A DNA stretch of 64,000 nucleotides, from positions 224,001 to 288,000 of the forward strand of contig CBDHDG010000005.1 in assembly GCA_965261595.1 (NCBI GenBank), given 5' to 3'. A program made the translations under genes and the position numbers. Of this stretch, positions 57,137 through 64,000 are shown piece by piece. How positions within the stretch are numbered: the stretch's first letter is position 1; every line of letters begins with the position of its first letter. The stretch comes from a bacterium. Lineage in GTDB: Bacteria; UBA8248; JACPRG01; G963555815. Under the pieces are notes generated by a model that worked only from the letters and a program-made list of their open reading frames with translations, was not told the origin of the DNA and ran no database searches.

Positions 57137-58099
57137 ATGGCAACGGTATCGGACATCCTGGCCGTGAACTTTCAGCACCGGGTGCGGCTCCAGGACCTGA
57201 AGGTCAAAGAGGCGGAAGGCGCCGGCTCGGCGAAGAAGGCCGAGTCGGCGGGCCGCCGGGCGGTTCGAGAAGACTCGATCCGCTCGGGCGGCCAGCCCGC
57301 TTCCAAGGCCTTCGTCGTCTCCCTCAGCGACGCGGCCCGCGACATTGCCGGAAAGACAACCAAGCGCCCGGCGGATTCCAAGGACGACGCCCCCCGAAAA
57401 GCGGGGACGGCCGCCGGGGGACCGAAGAGGGCCACCCGGACCGGGGGTCCGCAAGGCGCGGCCCCGGGGCATGAAGCCCGGGAGCTTCACGCCCTGTCCG
57501 CCGGCCTGGAGGAGCTGGGCGGCGGAATCGACGCCGTCCGGGCCATCATTCGGCGCGCGGCGAAGAAGGCGGAAACGCCCGAGAGACAACACCTTGAGCT
57601 GGATGTCGAGGCATTGCGGGCCGGCGAGACGGACGGCCGGACCGTCCTGGACCGCCACTATGCGGCGTCCTTCAGACAGAGCAAGACCTTCATATCGAGC
57701 CTGCGGGTGATTCGCTCGCGCCTGAAGGAGCGCTCGGCCGACGTGACGGGGACGGCCCCGGCCGGCGGGACGCCCGAAAGCCGGACACCGGACGCCCGGC
57801 GCGCGGCGGCGGCGAAAGCGTACGCTGAGGCCCCGCGAACCGGTGCCTCAGAGGTGGTGGCGAGATCCGTTCAGAGCCTCGACGGGTATCAGCGGGCTTT
57901 CGGCCGGGTCATCCATTCCGACGGGGACGTCTTCGAGGACCTGAGCCGGCTCGGCGGGAAGCTCGAAGACCTGGCGGAAACGCGCTCGGACTATCTGTCG
58001 GCGAAACGGACGGAGCGGGCCGAGGCCGCGCGCGCCAAACCCTCAGCCGTCCAATCGCCCCTCGCCGCGGGTCTCATCAGAGAGTTCGCCGCCGGGTAG
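57137..58099 (+). CDS. Hypothetical helical/low-complexity protein (cassette gene C)
   Basis: 320-aa ORF, AGGA RBS, start conserved with the pseudogene at 54789. Confidence 0.7.
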   Translation: MATVSDILAVNFQHRVRLQDLKVKEAEGAGSAKKAESAGRRAVREDSIRSGGQPASKAFVVSLSDAARDIAGKTTKRPADSKDDAPRKAGTAAGGPKRATRTGGPQGAAPGHEARELHALSAGLEELGGGIDAVRAIIRRAAKKAETPERQHLELDVEALRAGETDGRTVLDRHYAASFRQSKTFISSLRVIRSRLKERSADVTGTAPAGGTPESRTPDARRAAAAKAYAEAPRTGASEVVARSVQSLDGYQRAFGRVIHSDGDVFEDLSRLGGKLEDLAETRSDYLSAKRTERAEAARAKPSAVQSPLAAGLIREFAAG

Positions 58100-58274
58100 G
58101 GCCGGACTCGCCCACCAGACAGGATTTCTCAGCAAGATGATGGTTTCCCGCATCGCCCTGCTCCCGCGGTCTTTTTCTTCGATGGTGAGAATTTCGCTGA
58201 ACAAAAAAACCTCCCCTTCCGGTCGAAAGGCCCGGAAGAGGAGGTTTCGCGCGAAGAAAGAGATTTTCGCCGAT

Positions 58275-58499
58275 TCAGGATTCGGCCATGAGCACCTTTT
58301 CGGCTTCCGCCTCGAGAAGGGTCCAATCTCCCGAGCTGATCTCCAGCTTGGTGCTGCGCGCCCGGTTGGCGATGATCACCGGGTCCAGAATCTCGCCGCA
58401 ACATAAACAGTGCCAACCGTAAAACGTGCCGGCCAAGTCCGTCCCGAAGCCGTAATGCTTGAAGTAGGTCATGAAACCCGTGCATTTCGGACATTTCAT
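58275..58499 (-). CDS. Small zinc-ribbon protein (CxxC...CxxCG)
   Basis: GGAGG RBS; MKCPKC.G.M...GWHCLCCGEILDPVI..NR. Confidence 0.75.
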   Translation of the reverse strand: MKCPKCTGFMTYFKHYGFGTDLAGTFYGWHCLCCGEILDPVIIANRARSTKLEISSGDWTLLEAEAEKVLMAES

Positions 58500-58733
58500 C
58501 AATGGTGTCCTCCCTTCCGGGCCATGAGCCGAAGCCGGCTCAGGCGGCGGGAAAAAGGTTTGCACACTCCTTGAAGCGGGACGGCGGCGCGGATTCAGGT
58601 CACGTCTATGACCCCATCCGATTCGGGTGTCGTAATCGGAACGCCTGATGAGTGTCTCATCCTCCTATCCCACTTCAAGGGTTCTGGCGATGGCCGCCAC
58701 CCCGATTCACCGGTCGGTTGTTGAAGCCGGATC

Positions 58734-59186
58734 TTATCCGGAAAATTCCCCGACGACGCGCTCCTCGGAGGCCTGGCTGACCAGTTGGGCCAGCTCGCTC
58801 ACCGTCCGTCCGGACAGGGCGTTGTCGATGGCCTCCTGGATGTCTCGCCAGATGGGGATCTGGTAACAGCAATCGGCCCTTCCACAGGCACCCTCGAAAG
58901 GGATGCACTCGTGGACCACGATGGGGCCGTCCACCGCTTCAATCACCTCTTTCAAGGTGATCTCATCGGGATCGCTCCCCAGACAGTAACCGCCCTCGGG
59001 GCCGTAAGAAACCTTGACGAAACCGCGGTGGACCAATGGGCGAAGGAGCGTTTCGAGAAAATTTCCCGGTACGCGCTCTCTCTCCGCGATCTCCGCCAGG
59101 GGGGCGACCTTGCCGCCCGGGAGCGTCGCCAGGTATCCGATCGCCCTCAGGGCGAAATCCGCCTTTCGGCTGATCTGCATCTGCAT
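58734..59186 (-). CDS. Rrf2-family transcriptional regulator (probably Fe-S binding)
   Basis: ALRA...LA, EIAE, G..GGY.L, I.L.EVIEAVDG, C-x6-C-x4-C. Confidence 0.92.
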   Translation of the reverse strand: MQMQISRKADFALRAIGYLATLPGGKVAPLAEIAERERVPGNFLETLLRPLVHRGFVKVSYGPEGGYCLGSDPDEITLKEVIEAVDGPIVVHECIPFEGACGRADCCYQIPIWRDIQEAIDNALSGRTVSELAQLVSQASEERVVGEFSG

Positions 59187-59212
59187 GAGCGGTTCCTTAT
59201 ATCAGTCATGTC

Positions 59213-59267
59213 TAAAGGAGACTAAATTTTTCGCATTTAAAGTAAGTCGTCTTTTTCACCCTGTCAA
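59213..59267 (-). promoter_or_regulatory. Sigma70 promoter plus palindromic operator of the Rrf2 gene
   Basis: TTGACA-17 nt-TACTTT on the minus strand; adjacent imperfect palindrome TAAAGGAGACTAAATTTTTCGCATTTA. Confidence 0.65.
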
Positions 59268-59325
59268 GCCGAATTGAAAAATTTTCGGGGAATGAAAAAC
59301 CGGCCGGGGCGGAGCCGGATCGCGT

Positions 59326-60588
59326 TCAGCCTCGCGGTGCGGGGAGTAGATCGGAGGCCTTGTACAAGGCCGATTGGAGCGAGGAGAGGGCTTGGGCCTT
59401 CCCGGGGGCCACGCCTTTGTGCTGGATGAGGACTTTCAACGCGCCCCCCAGCCCGCCGGGGAGGAGAAGGTTCTTGATGGACAGATTCCGGTGAAGGGCC
59501 CGGATGGCTTCCTCGCCTTCCCCCGGTGGAACGCTCCGGATCTCTTCGGCCACGCCCAGTCCGACCAGGGCGTGGTGTTGGTCGGTGAAGCCGGCGGGCG
59601 CCAGCCCCTCCTCCCGGCCGGCCATCGCCAGCGCCGTGAAGTCCACGTGGGCCGTCAAGTCCTGTTCTCCCACGTGGATGTACGGGTCCGCATGCGCCCG
59701 GTGGCGGTGGTAGCACATCAACGTTCCTCCGTTCGAGAGACGGTGAGGCGCGTAGAGATCCGAAGCGGGGAGTCCATAATCCAACGTCAGGACGAAGCCC
59801 CGCAGCAGCTTTTGGCCGATTGTCCTCATCCAATCCATGGCTTTCAGGTTGATTTCGGTCCTCGCCTTCTCGTCCTCGCCGGCGGGGACGGGACCGAGGG
59901 TCTCGAAGTGGGCGGCCAGGGCCGGCGTGGAGGGATCGCCCAACTCCTCGTAGAATCCCCCCCTCTTCCCCCCCCCTCCCTCCTCTCCTCCGGCGGCGGC
60001 GCGGACGTAGACCTCAGACACCCCGTCCACTCGGGGGTGGACCCGATGAACGGGAAGGGCGTCGAAAAACTCGTTGGAAAAGACCACGCCCGTCATGCCG
60101 GAGGGAACTTCCTCCATGGAGTCCACCCACACAACGCGGCCGCGCCAGGCGTCGCCCGCGGAATCCAGCCCCTCCTCCAGGTCCCGGCGCCGCCCGGGGC
60201 TTCTTTCGACGGCCACGTAATCTGTGCGGGAGAGGCAGTCGGGCGCGTCCCGTTCCAGGGCGCGGCAGATGTCCCGGCAGAGCAGGCCCCGGCCCGCTCC
60301 CAGCTCGACGATCCGAAACCGGGGCGGTTCATCCAGGGCCCGCCACATTTCCGCGAGCTGGCGGGCCAGACACCTGCCGAAGATCTCGCTGACATCCGGA
60401 CTGGTGTAGTAATCCCGTTTTCGGACCTCCGGCGGCAGCCTCTTCATGTAGTAGCCCCCCTCCGGGTCGTAGAGGGCCCGTTCCATGAAGCGCGCGAAAG
60501 GGATCCGCCCCTCCCCGATATCTCGGGCGATTCTCAGCGCAAGGGGGGTGGGGGGGGGGTGGGGGGAGGGGAGGGGGGCTGAGTCCAT
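59326..60588 (-). CDS. SAM-dependent methyltransferase, MidA/NDUFAF7 family
   Basis: FM..ALY.P..GYY, DYYTSP, ELGAGRG, NEFFDALPV, DYG, GEQDLTAHVDF. Confidence 0.92.
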   Translation of the reverse strand: MDSAPLPSPHPPPTPLALRIARDIGEGRIPFARFMERALYDPEGGYYMKRLPPEVRKRDYYTSPDVSEIFGRCLARQLAEMWRALDEPPRFRIVELGAGRGLLCRDICRALERDAPDCLSRTDYVAVERSPGRRRDLEEGLDSAGDAWRGRVVWVDSMEEVPSGMTGVVFSNEFFDALPVHRVHPRVDGVSEVYVRAAAGGEEGGGGKRGGFYEELGDPSTPALAAHFETLGPVPAGEDEKARTEINLKAMDWMRTIGQKLLRGFVLTLDYGLPASDLYAPHRLSNGGTLMCYHRHRAHADPYIHVGEQDLTAHVDFTALAMAGREEGLAPAGFTDQHHALVGLGVAEEIRSVPPGEGEEAIRALHRNLSIKNLLLPGGLGGALKVLIQHKGVAPGKAQALSSLQSALYKASDLLPAPRG

Positions 60589-60627
60589 GGCGGCGTCGGG
60601 AAGGTTCTCGTTGAAAGGCGCAGGGGC

Positions 60628-61803
60628 CTACTTTTTCCAGAACATCAGCCGGTCGAGCCAGGTCTTCTTCTGGACGGCCTCCGCCGCCAGCAGGGGCGTG
60701 GAGGCCAGGACCCGGCCCCGGACGATCACCTCAATCTTCCCCACCTCCCGCCCCTTCCGGACCGGGGCCGAGATGGGGTTCCTCTTCAGGGTGATTCGGG
60801 TCTTGACTTTGGGGACGTGGATCCGCTTGACAAGAACCGAGATGGGCTTGGCCGCGACGATGGTTATGGTTTTTTTCTTCCCCTGAGCCACGGCGACGGG
60901 TTTGCCGATCGGCCTCCCGTCGGTGAAGAAGGAGACCTTTTTGTAAACGCGGAATCCCCGCGTCAGGAGTTTCCTGGTTTCCCGCACCCGGCCTTTCTGC
61001 GTGGGGGCCCCCAGGACCACCGAGATCAGCCGGAATCCGCTCCGCGTCGCGGTCGTGCAAAGGTTGAACCTCGCCTTTTTGTAGTAGCCCGTTTTGATTC
61101 CGTCCATTCCGGGGAAGCGGCGCAGGAGCTTGTTCGTGTTGTAGAGCTTGAATTTTCCGTTGCGGAAGGTGTCCTCCACCGTGGCCCCCCACTTGAGGAG
61201 GAGCGGGTGGCGGACGATTTGCCGGGCAATGATCGAGATGTCCCGGGCCGAGGTGTAGTCCTGGGGCTGGCCGGGGGCCGGCGGAAGGCCGTGGACGTTG
61301 GTGTACACCGTCCGGGTCAGTCCAAGATCGCGGGCGCGCTCGTTCATCAACTGGACCATCGCCTCGGGGGCGCCGGCGATGTGCTCGGCGATGGCGTAGG
61401 CGGCGTCGTTAGCCGAGGCGATGACGACCGCTTTGAGCAGCTCGCCCAGCGTGAAGACCTCCCCCTCCTTCAGGTAGACCTGCGATCCCCCGATGCGGCT
61501 GGCGGCCCGCGAGATGTGCACCTTCTGGTCAAGCGAGAAGGCGCCCTCTTTGACCGATTCCACCACGATGAGCATGAGCATCATCTTGACGAGGGAGGCG
61601 GGTATGAGCTTTCTGTCCGCCTGATCCTCGATGAGAACCTGGCCCGTCCCGGCTTCGATGAGGAGGGCGGCCCGGTAGCGCGGCGGTTTGTCCGCTTTGG
61701 GCTTGGCCCGCTTCGCGGCGGAGACCGGGAGCGCGGAAAGGCAGAACGCAAGGGCAATGAACGCGGCGATGGATCGGATGCATGGGGAGTGTCTGAATCG
61801 CAT
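60628..61803 (-). CDS. dacA: D-alanyl-D-alanine carboxypeptidase (PBP5/6, peptidase S11)
   Basis: PASLVKMM (SxxK), SANDA (SxN), N.HGL, KTG; PBP5 C-terminal domain. Confidence 0.92.
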   Translation of the reverse strand: MRFRHSPCIRSIAAFIALAFCLSALPVSAAKRAKPKADKPPRYRAALLIEAGTGQVLIEDQADRKLIPASLVKMMLMLIVVESVKEGAFSLDQKVHISRAASRIGGSQVYLKEGEVFTLGELLKAVVIASANDAAYAIAEHIAGAPEAMVQLMNERARDLGLTRTVYTNVHGLPPAPGQPQDYTSARDISIIARQIVRHPLLLKWGATVEDTFRNGKFKLYNTNKLLRRFPGMDGIKTGYYKKARFNLCTTATRSGFRLISVVLGAPTQKGRVRETRKLLTRGFRVYKKVSFFTDGRPIGKPVAVAQGKKKTITIVAAKPISVLVKRIHVPKVKTRITLKRNPISAPVRKGREVGKIEVIVRGRVLASTPLLAAEAVQKKTWLDRLMFWKK

Positions 61804-62152
61804 AGGGAATCTCTCGGATTGGGACCGCCCGGCGGGAGAGGCCTGCCCGTGCACCTCGCCCCGAATCTAGACCGGTCGGGGACGGGTGTCAAGATGCGGG
61901 AGGCGTCCAAGGTTTTGAAAATAGAGATTGCCGGGTTTGCGGACGACATGAAAGCGCCGCGCGGACTTCCGTGAGCGCTTGCGTTCCAGCGCGGAGTCCG
62001 GCGAATCCCATGATGCAAGCAGGGTGCCATTCGCCGCTCCTTGACACCCCCCGGCGGGGCGGTGGAAAATGGAACGTTTGGGCCTGTATTTTCTATGCCC
62101 GGGCAGGTGAATTTCGTTTCCCGGTCTTGAAATGTTCGGTGCGGAGGGCCGC

Positions 62153-64000
62153 ATGCTCGACACCATCTCCATCCGGGGGGCGCGCGAGCACAACCTCAAG
62201 GGGATCGACCTCGACCTCCCCCGGGGGAAGTTCATCGTGATCACCGGCCTCAGCGGGTCGGGGAAATCCTCCCTCGCCTTCGATACGCTTTACGCCGAGG
62301 GCCACCGCCGCTACGTCGAGTCCATGTCCACCTACGCCCGCCAGTTCCTCGAGCGGGTGGACAAGCCCGACGTGGACTACATCGAGGGCGTCTCCCCGGC
62401 CATCGCCATCGAGCAGCGCAACCCCGTCAAGCACTCCCGATCCACCGTCGGAACGGCGACGGAGGTCTACGATTATCTCCGCCTCCTTTTTGCCAAGGTC
62501 GGCGAGACCGTGTGCCCCGCCTGCGCGGCGCCGGTCCGTCCCGATACGGTCGAGGGCGCGGTGGACCGGCTGCTGTCCGGCCGCGCGGGCGACCGCGCTT
62601 ATGTGACCTTCCCGGTCGAGACGGCCCCGGCGGACCCGCCCAAGAAGGGAAGGGGGGGGAAGGGAAAGAAGGGCCCGGGAAAAGACGGCCGGAAGGAGCG
62701 CCTGTCGAACCTCCTCGATCATCTCCTCGCCCGGGGCTTCCTGCGGGTCTGGATCGGCGAGGAGCTGTTCAACCTGTCCGAGAAGGAGGAAATGGCCGAG
62801 GCGGCGAGTACGGAGTCGGACGACATTCAGGCCGTCGTGGACCGGCTGCGGCTCGGGAAGAATGTCCGCTCCCGCCTGGACGATTCACTCGAGATCGCCT
62901 TCCGTGAAGGAGGCGGCAAGGCCGAGGCCCGGATCGCCGATGGCCCGCGTCTTCCCTTTTCCCGGGGGTTTGTCTGCTCCTCGTGCGGGAGGGGGTTCGA
63001 GCCGCCGACGCCGCTGTTCTTCTCCTTCAACAATCCCCAAGGGGCCTGTTCGGAATGCGGCGGCTTCGGCAACAAGCTGGACCTGGACCTGGACCTCGCC
63101 ATCCCGAACCGGACGAAGACCCTCGCCGGGGGGGCCGTGGATCCCTGGACCCGCCCCCGGCACAAAAGCCATTTTCAGGAAGAGATCCGAAAGCTGTCCC
63201 GCACAGAGGGCGTGGACCTGAATGTCCCGTTTGAGTCTCTCCCCAAAAAACATCAGCGGATGGTCATCGAAGGGACGAAGGCGTTTCAGGGCGTCCGGCC
63301 CTTTTTCGAGCGGCTCAACCGGAAGAAGTACAAGATCTGGGTGCGGATGTTCCTGCGGCGGTACCTGGGGACGTTTCCTTGCCCCCGGTGCCGGGGGGCG
63401 CGCCTGCGCGAGGACGCCCTGTACGTGCAAATCGACGGCCGGAACATATCCGAGGTCTCGGCGCTATCGGTCCGCGACCTGAGGGGCTTCCTGGACGCGA
63501 TCGACTTTTCCCCCGGACAGGCCGACGTGGCCGGGGATATCCTGGCTCAGCTCCGGTCGCGGCTGGACTTCCTCGCGCACGTCGGCGTGGATTACCTCAC
63601 CCTCGGCCGCTTGACCCGGACGCTGTCGGGCGGAGAGGCCCAGCGCATCAACCTGGCCAACCAGCTGGGGGCGCAGCTCGCCGGGACCCTCTATATCCTC
63701 GATGAGCCTACGGTCGGACTGCACCCGAGCGACAACGCGAAGCTCCTGCAGATCCTCAAGGGGCTGACCGGCGCGGGAAACACGGTGGTGATCGTCGAAC
63801 ACGACCGGGACGTCATCCGGGAGGCGGATTTCCTGGTGGACCTCGGTCCCGGGGCCGGGGAGCGGGGCGGGGAGGTGGTGTTCGCCGGGCCCGCGGGGGA
63901 TATCCTCTCGTGCGAAGATTCGGTCACGGCGTCTTACCTCCGGGGAGAGCGGAAGATCCCCCTGCCCGAGCGGAGGCGGCCGGTGGGCGATCCGCCGGCC
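62153..64000 (+). CDS. uvrA: Excinuclease ABC subunit UvrA, partial (runs off the window)
   Basis: GAREHNLK, GLSGSGKSSLAFDTLYAEG, FSFNNPQGAC, LSGGEAQRI.LA, LDEPT.GLH. Confidence 0.93.
   Translation, partial: MLDTISIRGAREHNLKGIDLDLPRGKFIVITGLSGSGKSSLAFDTLYAEGHRRYVESMSTYARQFLERVDKPDVDYIEGVSPAIAIEQRNPVKHSRSTVGTATEVYDYLRLLFAKVGETVCPACAAPVRPDTVEGAVDRLLSGRAGDRAYVTFPVETAPADPPKKGRGGKGKKGPGKDGRKERLSNLLDHLLARGFLRVWIGEELFNLSEKEEMAEAASTESDDIQAVVDRLRLGKNVRSRLDDSLEIAFREGGGKAEARIADGPRLPFSRGFVCSSCGRGFEPPTPLFFSFNNPQGACSECGGFGNKLDLDLDLAIPNRTKTLAGGAVDPWTRPRHKSHFQEEIRKLSRTEGVDLNVPFESLPKKHQRMVIEGTKAFQGVRPFFERLNRKKYKIWVRMFLRRYLGTFPCPRCRGARLREDALYVQIDGRNISEVSALSVRDLRGFLDAIDFSPGQADVAGDILAQLRSRLDFLAHVGVDYLTLGRLTRTLSGGEAQRINLANQLGAQLAGTLYILDEPTVGLHPSDNAKLLQILKGLTGAGNTVVIVEHDRDVIREADFLVDLGPGAGERGGEVVFAGPAGDILSCEDSVTASYLRGERKIPLPERRRPVGDPPA

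Overview
GC-rich bacterial window from a Gram-negative, probably uncultured lineage; the gene types loosely suggest Nitrospinota/Nitrospirota, which is inference only. From left to right it contains: (1) the 3' end of a NodU-type carbamoyltransferase; (2) a compact three-gene graspetide (ATP-grasp RiPP) cluster with a 62-aa precursor, an MvdC/D-type ligase and an APH-fold kinase lacking the catalytic Asp; (3) an ~18-kb cobalamin-riboswitch-controlled operon for corrinoid uptake, late cobalt insertion and nucleotide-loop assembly, preceded by cbtBA, a possible integrase remnant and tRNA-Pro(GGG); (4) a metabolic/redox region with a xanthine-dehydrogenase-family molybdoenzyme, amidohydrolases, a molybdopterin oxidoreductase, a Grx-TrxR fusion and transporters; (5) a tandemly duplicated, sigma54-type-promoted cassette of unrecognised low-complexity proteins sharing FlgM-like DxVxLS motifs; (6) Rrf2, MidA-like methyltransferase, DacA and the start of uvrA. 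GTAG-type REPs and MITE-like ends are scattered through the intergenic DNA. Several homopolymer frameshifts suggest long-read assembly errors. The best candidates for undescribed systems are the graspetide/pseudokinase cluster (404-2551) and the duplicated sigma54 cassette (52410-58099).
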